A stretch of DNA of 64,000 nt, from positions 186,001 to 250,000 of the forward strand of contig JAYWIR010000051.1 of NCBI GenBank assembly GCA_036172245.1, given 5' to 3'. The DNA is from Raillietiella orientalis (Eukaryota). Position 1 is the stretch's first letter. The number at the start of each line of letters is the position of its first letter. The translations under genes and the position numbers were made by a program. The notes below the pieces were generated by a model. It did no database searches. It was not told the origin of the DNA and worked only from the letters and a program-made list of their open reading frames with translations. Below are positions 50,472 through 62,561 of this stretch, in pieces.

Positions 50472-53400
50472 CTACGACCTCTCGAAGAAGCGGAACCTCA
50501 GCGGCGTCTTGGGGACGATGAGGAACTGGTGGACGGTGTCCATGGTGCCCTCGTAGGCGACTCGGAAGTGGAGAAGTACCTGGAAGCACCGGAAGGGCGG
50601 CGCTGCGGGTTAGCCCCGCAGGGTGAAGAAAAGGAGAAGACGCGGGGAGACTGTCATCACCTTGACCAGAGCCACGGCGATCTCCTGCTCAGCAATCCTC
50701 CTACCCACGCACATGCGGGGTCCCCAGCCGAAAGGTAGCACCAGAAACGGATTGGCCGGCTCCCGGGTCCACCGCTCCGGCACGAATCGCAGAGCGTCTT
50801 TAAAGTTGACCTCGGTCCTGGAGGCTACGTAGGTGTGGCAGCATATGGGAATCTGGAACAGGCGGAGAGGGCGTGGAACGGACTCCCTTCTGGGGTAAGA
50901 GAAGGAAAGCTCCGTTCCCAGAATCGGGAAACACGGAAGCAGAAGGAGCTTCAGAGTCTCTCCGAAGGCGCAGGGAGGGGGGGGGGGGAGGTTTTCGGCA
51001 GCGGAATGCCCCGGCGATTCTTCCTCCTCCCTCTTCCCATCTCCTCCACTGCTCACCTTTCCACTGAGCAAGGACGCGTCTCCCGGGGAGAAAGGAAGCA
51101 GAGGAGGAATTCCGAGGTCCCGGAAATCCGACCTCCCTGATTCCGTACCCCCGGGCGCCTGCAGGCCCTGGAAACGCAGGTGCGCTGGAGGGAGGAGATG
51201 GACAGCTGGACAAGGAAGGGAGAGAAAGGACGCGGCGATGATCTTCCAGGAAGGAAAAAACAGGGAGTGAAGCCACGGTGAAGGGGAGAGGGGGGTTTCG
51301 GACTGGAGAACATTTACCTTCGCGGGAATGCGGTAGTTCTGAATGACGACGTCCTCGGATAGCACCCGCACGATATTCGGGATGGTCGGCATCAACCTGG
51401 AACGCACCCTCCGGTAGTTGCGGAGGAGACTCTACAGTCTGGGACAGTGGGAACGGAGGGCGGGTGGGGGGGCTGGGAAGGGTCTGGGACCCCGTCGCAA
51501 GGTAGCGCGTCCTCCAGAGGGTCTGGGCGGCGAAGGGGATCGCCAGACTTTGCGTTCCCTGTTCACCCTCCTACCCTGAAGTCTCCCGAGACCGGAAGCT
51601 GCGGAGAAACGGGCGTTGCCCCTTCCCGCGCTCCCTCCCCGTGCCTCCGTTATTCCCGGAGGGACTCGGAAAAGCGAACCGTCGTCCCTTCCCAGGAATG
51701 AGAGCGATCCCCGCAGGGCGTGGTCTTCAGCAGGCAAGGTCAGGGGCGCGCCGGAAGAGTGCCTGTGCCAAGGGCAGCGCGGAAGGGGGTCAACCCTTTG
51801 CTCGCGAGGGGGAGGAAGGGTCGAGAGGAGGGGGAGAAAACCTGAAGGTCTCCTTGATGCAGTGCTTCAGGTAGGTGGCGGCGTTGAGGATGTCCACGTC
51901 GACCTGGTCCTGCGGCCCCATCATCGCCCGGATCTCTGCGTAGGCCTTCTCCTGGCACTCCTGGTTCTTCGCCAGCTGGTACAGCGTGAAGAGGATGGTG
52001 TTGGCGGTCTAAAGGAGACGTCTAAGGGAGTCCTGCTCATTCCCGTTTCCTCCTCCTCCTCTCCGCCCGCAATATCTCCACCACCTCTTCCGGTAGCTCG
52101 ACGAATGGTGACAGTGGCGCCACCTGAAGCCGAGGAGGAATTTTCCCTCCGAGCGCCAACCACAGGTCTCTGGTAGCTTCACCGTTCCTGGCTCTAGACC
52201 GAGCGCGTCTCTTGGAAGACTCTCCTGAGGTCTTTCGGCTTCCATTATGGAGGGCTCGGACGCCCAACCCTCTCTCAGTACCGGTGCTGGAAATCCCTCC
52301 CTTCCTTTCGGATCATGCAGCGTGCTTCGGATCCGGGACTCGTCCCTTGTTCCTCCAATCAAGGGAGAAAGGCAGGATGGACCCTCGTCCAAAGAGATAG
52401 GTTGATCCTCTGCCTCACAATGTCCCGCGCATCCCACGCTCTCTCCGTAACGAAGGTGTCCTCCGTCTTGCTCTACCGCCTGCAATCTCACTTCCTCGAG
52501 CTCCGCGGAGCTCATGCAACTACCGTTAGAGGACGCGGCCCTCAAAACAGGTGGAGAGACTGCTCAGCCACAGCAAGCGTCTCTTGCTTTGGATGGGCTG
52601 CGCAGTCCGTTCTTCGCAGGCCCTCCGAGAAGGCTGGAGCCGCACCTGACTGAGACCAGGTGGGAAGATCTTTGACATGGTCTTCTCGGAGCCGCGTGGC
52701 TTCCATCTCCGTCGCTTTTGTTCCTTCACGCTTGCTCTCCAGATCTGAGAGTCGCCTTCGTGCGTCTCCGATAGCTCCAGCCTTGAAGTTTTCGTCAGAC
52801 TGATGGACACCTGAAGCTTTGCAGGGTCAAGAAAAAAGGGCGATCCTGCGGCTTTTTCGTTCGCATCTCCAGGGAAGGACGCACCACTCCTTCCCCTCTC
52901 GTGGGGTAAGCGTCGACAAAGTGGCGCTTCTGGTAGAGCAAGCGAAAACGACAAATCCGTTCTCTAGTGATGGATGACGCTCCTGGTGAGTCTTGCACGG
53001 AAGAATGAGGCTGAAGAATCAGCTCGAGGAAGAAGAGCAGCAGCTGCAGCTGCAGACGCCAGGATGGAAGAAAAAGGAGCAATGGAAGGAAAGAAAGAAG
53101 GAAAGATATCCCGAGGAAATTTTTCTTTACTTTTTGCATTGCCGGAGAGAGAAAGAAAGAGAATTACGACGTTGTAGGATCCAAGACGTTTGCGGCGCCC
53201 AAAGTCATGCATGCGTTCTCCTGGGACGGAGAGACGCAAAGATGAGCTGGGAGATAAGCGGCAAACAACCATGCGGAGGGTGCATCCGGGCACTGCGTGG
53301 GGGGCAATGTACGCGTTGTTGTCTATATCTCTGATCTGAGTGAGCGGCAGGGCTACGAGATGCTGCCACTCAACGAAAGGATTCGCTTGTGTGGCATCCG

Positions 53401-56400
53401 TCCATTTTCGTTCCGGAGTGCTTCCCGGACCGATGACTCCAAAAACTTCCCCAGCTGCGTGCCACCTATTCATAGCTCACGTTCTCACTTTCTCTTACCG
53501 GCATTCCATTGTTGCTGAGGGCCTGTTCTGTTCATAATTCACGTTCTCACTTTCCCCCTCCCGCATCCGATTGTTGTCCAACACCTGCTCTATTCATAGC
53601 TCACGTTCTCACTCTCCCCGCATTCCATTGTTGCTCAGCACCTGTTCGATTCATAGCTCACGTTCCCACCTTCCCTAGCCCCCGCGTCCAATTGTTGCAG
53701 ACTGTCCCAGCGCATTAGGCTCCACTTGGAAAGTTGTTCGCCCTTCCGGGACAGCTTGCAGCAGTGTCAAGGCTGCTCCGATACGCCTTGGCCTCAACGC
53801 GTGCCACGAAGAGAACGCCGTGCGCAGCGGTCGCGTGTGCCTTGTTGGGCCGCGATTCGTGCCGCAAGTTTTCGCCGGACACTGCAAATTCCGATGCTCC
53901 CTCCTCGGAAGGCCGCCAGCCGAAGCTGCGCCACTTTTGCAGCTGCCGATGACTTTTTTTTTTTTTTTACCTCTGTCTAGGTCAGCCTTCAGAGCATGAT
54001 TTAAGCTCACGTTGCTCGCTGCGGCGTCTTTGGATGCACATGTGGAATTCCAAAGGTGCGCTGGGAGGTGGTCAGCGGAGGTTCCTCTTCCTTCTCTCCC
54101 CATTCTTTGCTTCCCCCTCCTACCGCAGAGCTGTCGCCTTTGTTGCAGCAGTGGCGCTTCGAGAGGGCCCATCCCGCTCGGTTTCCTCTCCCTCCGCGTC
54201 CCAAAGAGGGACGTCCCAGTTGCACTGCAACACAAGAGAATGTCTGGCGCGGGGTCAGCAGCTCGGAGTGCTGTGGGATTTTCCCTGAGAGAGGGAAGCA
54301 GACAACTCGAGGATAAGTTGGACAGGAAGGCGATGGGTTCCTGGACTGCCCTTTCATTCAGAGTCTGGACTGCTCTTTCGTGCATCCGTCCGCTCTCGAT
54401 CGGTCTGCTGGTAGTGAAAGAGCAAGTGAATGCAAGAGGGGACGCTCGGGAGGAACAATAGCTCTCAGAAAAAGAGAAGATACAGGTCGTTCTTTTTCGG
54501 CAGATCGCTGTCTGCTTCACCTGGCGGGAAGAGCTGCCCTTGGAGCTCTTCCCGCACTGTCTGTTCCTTTTTTCTTGTGTGTGTCTTTTTTTTTCTTTTC
54601 AGGGATCCAACTTGTGCTGCTCTCTATTTGTTGCTCTCCTCTCCCTCTTTCCCTTCCGTTCGCACTCCCTCTCGCTTCTGCCGTCTTCGTCTTGGCCCGT
54701 GACAGCGTGTACGTGGTTATCAAGCCCCGAGGCGCACTCACACGGTTGCCTTACGTTGTCGATCCCCGCGGCGATGAAGTCAATCATCGTTGTGCGGATA
54801 TCTCGGGGGTCCAGGTCGGGGGTGCTGATCAACGCCTTCAGGATGCTGATCTCGCGCTCTTGGGGATTAAGGCTGAAGTTTCCTTCCCGGCTCATCAGAG
54901 CCACCGACTCCTCGATGTACCGGTTGCATACGCTGCAAGGAAGGGCGGAAGAAGTAAGCTCACTCGGTTCCCTGGTACGGAACACGGGGGGCAGGAAGCA
55001 GTGGAGTGGGAGTGGAGAGGAAGAGTAGGGAAGAAACGGAACCAATGAAGAATGGCCCCCAGACATGGCTATCCTGCAAGGCGGAAGGAAAGGAAGGGAG
55101 ATGAAAGATGGATGGGGAAGGAATTTCCTCGATGAGGCAGAGCCGCTTCAAGGAGGGAGGGAGGGAGGGTAGAGGGGTACTCACTCGTAGATATAGGTCT
55201 CGTTTCTGGCGAACTTTCTGTAGGCCTCCGTGGTGAGGTACTTCCAGAGAGGGAAGCCGAAGTAGAGCTTCTGGTAGTACTTCCACATCTGGTGCACGGC
55301 TTCAATGAGATTGAGGGCTTCCGGAAGTGTCGGAGACAGAAGGCATCCCATGCGGCGGTCCAGACACACTAGGCAGATAGCTGGAAGGAGAGAGATGGCT
55401 GGGGTAGGGACCGGGGTCCCACAGGAGCGCCCTCACACTCCAAAGCCATGCAGAAGACGAGTTCCTGCAGGCGGCTCACGCCGCCGCTGTCCATGCCGGT
55501 CAGCAGTAGGCGGATGAAGTCGTCGCAGATGGCATTCTGCTCGCGCAGGTACTGCTCCACGTTTGCCGGCTTCATGAGGATGGGGGTCAGCTTTTTGCGC
55601 AGCTCGTTCCACTCTGACTGCTGCCTGTGGGCAGGGAGGAACCGGAGGAAGAAGGGGGAGTTTCTCCTGGCGCAGGCGCGGAGTCCGACCTTGCTAGGAA
55701 GGGAAGGGAACGGGGAACACCTTCGCCCGGCGGCCGCGCACCAGACGGAGTGCAGGAGGTCAGGGAGAAGAAGGGAACGCCGCGAACAGATGTGTTGCGA
55801 TCCTCCAACTCCTTATCTCCCACAGCGGCGGCGGTGGAAGAGAAGGAGGAGATGTGGATTTGTGGGAGCGACAACGAAAGCCGTTGCTCCAGTGGGGAGA
55901 CAGCCTCCATAAGGAAGGTTAGCTGAAACGAGGAGGAGGCTGTAAAGAGGGGCGAAAAAGACGGAGTAGAAGATTTTCCCGGGTCGCCATCGATGGCGAC
56001 GTCCGGCTGACGGAAGAGGCGTTCCTTTCTGCCCATCCAGGAACGACAGCCGGGAACCACCAGGAAGTTGCAAATGGACGCCTTTCCCTCTCTCGCCTTC
56101 CCTCCTCCTCTTCTGGCGCGCAAGAGTCCGCGATCGACGAGGCTGGGCGCCACCGCTCCGCGCGCTGCCAAGTGCCGGCGGGGGATCGAACCGGTCCGCC
56201 ATCTCAAGGTCACGTTCAGGAAACAGACCAGGAGCGCGATGGCACTACGTCCGGGTCACTGGACTACCCTCGGGGACTAGTGGTTGGTGGCAGTCCCGCT
56301 GCACAGCAGACCTGCCGGAACGTGCCTTGGCACCACCTCGGGGCCTTGCAGGAGAGCCGCAGGGCTGTCCTTCAGTGCTCTGGCTCGGGTGCCCCTGAAA

Positions 56401-58509
56401 GGCGCACCAGACCCAGGGGGATATATGGATGGATGCCCCTCCTTAGCGGGCGCCGCCTCGAAGACGGAGGAAGGAAGGAAGGAACAGAAAGGGCTGGGAA
56501 GCCGTTGCCGGTGGGCGAGGTCTCTGGCGTCGGGAGGGTCAGATGGTAGCTGCCGAAGAGGAGGCAGCGGAGAAGAGAAGGACACCACCCCTCCTTAACC
56601 CTCCATCGGCATGTGACCCTTCCCTCCCCTCCACTCCCCCACTTCCCTTCCCGAGGTCCCTCGAATGGCGGTGCCCCGCGCCAGCGATACGTACGAGTTC
56701 ACCAGCCCGACGCTCTTGTATCTGTCCGGCAGGCTCTGGCGGTACGTCTTCACCGCCTCGTTGATTGGCCTCTCCGGGAAGCGCCCCTGGCTGCGCAGGA
56801 CCTGCTCGATGTCGCTGCCGTCGTAAACGTGGACGAGGGGCGTCCGGCCGAAGTACTCCTTGACGACCCGCCCGTAGCGGAGGAACTTGTCTGCAGCGGG
56901 AGCGCGTCTGAGTGCAGCGGCGAGAGAGCGGAACGGGCGCGCGAAGAGAGGAGGAAGCTCCGAAGCGGCGCGGAAGCAGGGACCGAGACCAGGAGGAAGA
57001 GGGAAGCGCAGCAATGGGCCCAGGGGGGAAAGCCTGACGAAGGAAGGGCCCGCTGTCCGCTGCCACCCCGCCTCTCGACTCTCGCCTCTCCTCCTCGGAA
57101 GGGAAGGAAGGGTAATGCCCCTCCCCCGGGAAGGAGTCCTCCCTTTTTTTTCTTCGTTCGGAACCCGGGCAGGACCGCTCCCCCGTCCCGGGACCAGCAG
57201 CAGCAGCTGCGGCGGTGACCCGTGCATGGGGGAGGAAGAACGAGAAAAGCACACCGAGCGCTGTCCGAGATCTTTGGGGCGGAGGGGACGCGGGCCACCC
57301 CCCTTCGCCGAGTGGGAGAGAAGCATGTTGTTGATGGTCCCGCAGGCACGCACACGCAGGTAGGTAAGGAAGAGGTAAGGGAGGGAGGATCGTGCTACCC
57401 CACCCGCGTTCTCCAGCCGCCCTGGGCCCACTCGAGAGCACAGAAGGAAGAGGGGGTCGGCGCATGGGCTCGAGAAAGGTCAGCGGCCACCTTCGTAAGA
57501 GTCGTGCATCCTGTCCGTCCGGTACCTCCCTCCAGGGTAGTACAGCCAGGAGGTTCCGATGAGCGGGAGGGAAGGCTTCGGTCCAGGGATGAGGCTGAAA
57601 TCGCAGATCTTCCTTTCTGAAAAGAGAAGGCAGGAATTACAGCGTTGCAGGGTCGCCTCCTTCCTGTCCGGGAAACGTCCGTCTCCTCACGCCTCCCCTC
57701 AGGCGCGTGCCATCCGAGGGAGGGCAGGCGCGCGCGCCCCCGGCCCCGCAAGGGGAGGGACGCGTCCCTCGTCTCCCGGAGACGCCCCTCCGCTCCCCCT
57801 CATCATCCGTCGGACAGGGAGCCAACGGGAGGGGGGCGAAGGGAGGAATGTTCCCACCCGCAGGTGGAGGGGGAGAGGCGACGGCAACCCCTGAGGCGGA
57901 CCCCACCCCGCCCCAAACTCACCCCTCTCTGGAGCGCACGTGATCGTCGCGCGGGCCATAAAAACAAATCAAAGGGGGAACGCGCGCGCCGGCGGCGCGA
58001 CCTGACAACAACCTGAGGGTCCGTCCCGCAGGCAAAGGACGGACGTCCCTCGGACGGCGCCATCCGGCAGCGGCGCAAGGAGCCGACACCGGTGAGAAGC
58101 GCCGCCGCAGTCGAAGGGAAGAACCAGACGGGCACGGCGGCTGAGAGGTGTGCGAGAAGGGGAGGGGGAGAGGGGGGAATCCGGGGGAATTTCCTCCCTT
58201 TCGCCCTTTGCCCCGCGAGGCGTTCCGTCGCGCTCAGTCCCCCGAGACCGGCGTTACGCTCTTCGCCCCCCCCCAGCCCCTCTTCCCTCCCCCCCCCTTC
58301 CTTCTGCGACCTTTGCGGAGACAGGGGGGAGGAGGACTCGGGAGAAAAGCCAATGGGAAAAGACGGACTCACTCACCTCCTCTGAAGAGGCGCCCCCCGT
58401 CGGCCACCGCGGGGGAGTGCGGCCGCCGCAGCGCCCCCTCCCAGGCGGCGGCGGGCCGAGGCTCGCCGACGCCGCGGCTCATCGAAACGTGACGGAGCCG
58501 CCGCAGCAT
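50472..58509 (-). CDS. Mitochondrial-clan cytochrome P450, 520 aa, 10 exons; closest in motifs to CYP314A1 (shade, ecdysone 20-monooxygenase)
   Basis: Exons 58509-58377, 57616-57491, 56890-56695, 55624-55437, 55380-55185, 54932-54755, 52008-51842, 51396-51318, 50852-50661 and 50579-50472 (1563 nt, phases consistent). Arg-rich presequence-like MLRRLRHVSMSR, IPGP hinge, WxxxR (WNELR), I-helix DFIAAGIDNT, ExxR (ETFR), PERW and heme motif PFGWGPRMCVG. Shade-like segments: YRQSLPDRYKSVGLVN, LWKYLTTEAYRKFARNETYIYD, FLIVPKTPL. First exon and exact orthology less certain. Confidence 0.9.
53467..53700. repeat. Minisatellite, 4 copies of an about 60-bp unit, in P450 intron 6
   Basis: Units start at about 53467, 53529, 53591 and 53648 with core TTCATAGCTCACGTTCTCACT...GCATTCCATTGTTG. 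Confidence 0.85.
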
Positions 58510-58844
58510 CTTCGTGTCTGCACCTGCGGACGCCGGGACGGCGAGTGCGCGGGGCTCCCGGCTGCAGCAGCGGCGGCGCGCGTTCCAGCGCCCGAAGCAT
58601 CATCGCCGTGCCCCGGGGTGGAAGGGGGGAGGGGCGGGAAAAGGGATGAGAAGGGGGGGGAGCGGAGAAGAGCGGGCGCGTAGGTGCTTCATCCCCTGGG
58701 GGAATCGAGGAAGAAGGGAGAGGGGAGGGGAGGGAGCGTGGGCGTGCGAGGAGGTAATCCCGACGACCCCCAACGGGCACGTCGCTCATTCGAAGATGGC
58801 GGCCTCCTTCCGTCTCGTTCCGCCCACGCTCCGAACGCTGCTGC

Positions 58845-58953
58845 TGCTCTCAATGGTGCTGGCGGAAGAGTGCACTCACAGACTCCTCATGGATCAGTCC
58901 TTGGTCTCCTTGCATGCGAGCAGACCAAGGAGTGGTGGTTGGTAACACTACCA
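58845..58953. repeat. About 109-bp direct repeat, copy 1 (copy 2 at 60071-60179)
   Basis: tgctctcaatggtgctggcggaagagtgc..cacagactcctc.tggatcagtccttggt.tccttgca..cgagcagacca...ggtggtt.gtaacact shared with 60071-60179. Confidence 0.85.
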
Positions 58954-60070
58954 CTCCTCCCTTCCTCTTCCTCACCACAGATTGTGGCCACATTTCCCCC
59001 CCTCCAGCCTCCTTTCTCCCCGCCTCCTTGCCCGGTTCCGCCACCTTCCTCTTCTGCTTCTTTTCAACCCTCCGGGCACGTCCCAAGGCATTGCTTCTCC
59101 CGGGAGGCACTCCCGAACAGACCCTGGCATCTTCCTCCTTCCTTGCCTTGGCAGCTCCTCTTCTCCGGCGCCTCCTGAGAACGCTACTTCCGTCCTGCCC
59201 TCCCGCATTCCCACCCTGCTCCCTCTGTCACTCCCCTTCCTCCTCTCCATCCTCGTAGCATCCCGTGAAGGCCAAAAATGAAAGGAGAAGCGAAATCCTC
59301 ATCTTCCTTTGGTGCGGGAGGACGCCAGAGAGGATTGGAAGTGTGGAATGCCCTCCTCTTGATCCCTCCTCTTCCAGTACGGCGAGCTACGCCCCCCCCT
59401 CCCCTGCACCCCATCAATTCCTCCGCAGAATCCCTGAAGGGGCGATGATGGCGGAGATGCAGGCTGGTCATGGCGGGAGGGGCGGGGCCAGAAATGCCTT
59501 GGGTGGGAGTAGACTGGAAGGTCTTCCCCAGGGGGCACAGCTGGAAGCTGCTGACAACGTCCGGAGAGGACGTAGAGGCACTCCTTTGGCACTAAGGGGA
59601 ACTTCGACTGTTGGGCCCGTTCCGTGGGAAGACAAGGGTGGGCCGCGGCCTCCAAAGAGAGGTCAGGGAAACTCCACGGCACCAGAGCAGGCAGAAGGCG
59701 CCACCATTCGCTCGGCCTCGTAGGGCGATCCGCCGGAGTCGTTCACCCTCTGTGACCCCTTTCCTCTGGACGCCACCTAGTAATGCCTGGAAGAAGGAGA
59801 GGGGGTTCCGCCCGAGGCTCTTTGCTACCGAAAGCTAGTGCGTATCCAAGGTGATGGGGTCCGCGCTGCGAGCTCGACCAGGGGCAGTCTGGACGCGTTG
59901 CTTCGGGAGAGCAGCCGCGAAGCCACTTTCAAGGGAGGCTTTCAGGGGAGCTTCCTAGTACGGCAGGGGTGCGAGGAGGATGAAGGGTTCGACCTCCCCC
60001 TCTCCTGAGGCGAAGTGGTCTCAGGAGAGAGGAGTGTCCTGCGTCGGGCGATGACGGGCCGGTCCTGTGG

Positions 60071-60179
60071 TGCTCTCAATGGTGCTGGCGGAAGAGTGCG
60101 CGCACAGACTCCTCGTGGATCAGTCCTTGGTTTCCTTGCACACGAGCAGACCAGAGAGAGGTGGTTCGTAACACTGCCA
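60071..60179. repeat. About 109-bp direct repeat, copy 2; possible LTR 3' end
   Basis: High identity to 58845-58953; contains GTAACA near its right end. Confidence 0.85.
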
Positions 60180-62513
60180 TGAGCCTCGAGAGGAGTGGGC
60201 GAGACGCGATGTCCTCGCCCACGCGACTGTACCCTGGAAGCGCTTCTGAGAGAGGTAGAGGTCATGGGGCCGTGTGGGAAGCAAGGCCCCATTGCGTTTC
60301 GTGGAGATGCGAAGGGCTGCGTCCGTCCGCGCCCTCCAGGAAGGGGAAGCACTCTCCGCCGCTCCCTCCAGGGTCCTCGAGAAGAGCGAGAGTTTTTCAA
60401 AGTCGTTCCCCACGCTTTCACAACGCCGGATGAGTCGCCACGATCTCTTCCCTCGCGGAAAGCAAAGGATCGCGTCCCGGCGAGAGACCCACGTCGTCCC
60501 AACGTGGAGTCGACCTCCGTCGACTCCACGTTGCCTCCAAGGATGATGGCGGTTCCCGTTGTGGTTCCCGTGCTCCTGCCATGGAGGAAGGAAGGAAGGG
60601 AGGAGGAGAAGGAAGGAGGAAGGGAATCACGAAAGATTCCTGGGAGAATACGATCGCTTTGGAGAATTATGGAGGATGGGGATGAGAGAGGGAGAATCAG
60701 AAAAGCTCTACGCTAGTGCTACATGGACGACGGACAAGGAAGGATGTCGACAGAAAAGGCCGCAACTGCAGGAGGTCCTGATGAGAAAGCGGATCTTTTC
60801 TAGAGGAGTGTTCCCACGCCTGTCAAGCCGTTCCCTAGAAATATTTCAGATCTCCCGGGTTACTCCTCCGAGCAGGAGCAAAACCAGAGGAGACTTTCTG
60901 CTCCTTATAGAGCGGTGGAGGGAAAGGTTGGAGCCGAGTTACCGAGAGCGTGTCGGAATCCGGGAGTCGAGGCCTCTCTTCCCACCTTCGGCCGCCGTCC
61001 GACAGCGCCACCAGAGGGCGGAGGCTCCGAAAACTGGACAGGAGGAGAAACTGTCGAGAAGATTCGGCGAGCGCCTATAGCGACGGCCGGATCTGAGCGC
61101 CCTGCAGACGTTCACTTCTCGAGGCGCAGTATGGGATGGACGCGCGCCATCTGCTTGTTACCAGGAAGCTCGTTTTACTTTCAGCGGCGCTCGGAAGAGG
61201 GTACGACCGCTCCTCGGCAGCGACTTGCCCGCTGCCGTGTATTGTTCGCAATTGAAAAAGACGCGTGTGCGATCAGGAGGGAGGTTTTTCCCTCCTTTCT
61301 TCTCATCTGTTCCGGAGGCTGCGGAGGCGGTGGATGGAGGAGATGGGATTTTCTTCAATTCGCAGCCCACCCACCCCTTCCTCTCTTTCGAGCGACTTAC
61401 GGAACGATCGAAGTGACAAGAGAAGCACCAAGGATCAGACGGACGGGCGCCGTCCGAGAGCGCGCGCAGCGTCGAGGGAGTGGCGCAGGAGGTGTCTAGG
61501 AAAAGCGAGGAGCAAACGAAAGAAAGAACTTCCAGAAATAGACGAGGATCTGTCAAGCGACATCAGGAAGCGACCTTCATTCCGATGTCCTTCCGCATCC
61601 TTCGTCCTTGCAACCGCTCGCGTAGAATAAGCAGCGTCCTCCCTGGATACGCGGGAGGGAGCCACCGAAAGCAAAGGGCAAAGATTCCAGCCCTCCCAGG
61701 TGCCCCCTCCTCATCGCCAGTACCGAGAGGCTTTTGATTTCTCCCCCTTTGAAGTCAGCAAGACCACGGCGGCCTCGCCCTTGATCTTCCTCCCCTTCCG
61801 CCCCCTTTTCCTTTCCTCTTCCTCTAATCGCGCTTGTCGCTTTCTGTCCCCTTCTAAAATCGCTCGGGATGGACGATCCCAGCAGAGGCGACGAAGCCAG
61901 CGCCTTCGCGCGTCCCTACTCCATTCGCAGGAGACGCGCCGTTCGTCCAAGAGGGGCACAAAAGAAGTTCTAGGGGACTCGCAGATGCCCTTGACCCGGG
62001 CTACGTTCCCGCCTGAAAGGACCATGGAGTCGTCCCTCCCCCTCCTTCATGGAGGGGAGGGGCGATCTTTTCCTTTTCCTTTCCTGGGTCGAAATTTTCT
62101 CTCACGGTCTCACCCCTCTCTCTCTTCCTCCAAAGCTGACAAGTCCCCTTCCTCAGACCCCCAATCACCATCCGGACGCGCGATCCTCTCCTTCCCGACT
62201 GCGACCAGCCTCCCCGCATTCCTTCACCGTGACCTACCCGCAGCCAGAGGACGCCTCGGCTTTCTCGCCGAGGCCGTGTCTGAGGTTGGGCCTGGCGGAG
62301 ACGGAAGGACGCCGTGTGAGCGCCCATGCGGAAGTGCCGTTCGGACGGCGAACTGGAAAGTTCCTCCTGAAGATCACAGATGGCAGGCAACGCAATGCCA
62401 GCGCTGCTCGCGAACGCTGCGCCGTCCACGTCCCGCAGTTGCGTAGCACCCGCCAGCCTTGCCCCCAGCAACGGTGCACCAGGCGACTCGAGTTCCCAAG
62501 AATCACAGGAAGG

Positions 62514-62561
62514 GGAATGGTATCCCCTGAGGGAGGCTGCTCCCTCAGGGGATACCATTCC
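62514..62561. repeat. Perfect 22-bp inverted repeat with 4-nt spacer
   Basis: ggaatggtatcccctgagggag-gctg-ctccctcaggggataccattcc; the arms are exact reverse complements. Confidence 0.95.

Noticed and set aside
49580..50556. Tail of the 448-aa ORF 49210-50556
   Set aside because: Only 49294-49579 is exonic in that frame. A donor at 49580 and acceptor at 49644 lead to a different frame ending at TGA 49845-49847.
53467..53700. CRISPR-like array
   Set aside because: Spacer-like parts are homologous to each other, there are no cas genes, and the context is a eukaryotic intron. It is a minisatellite.
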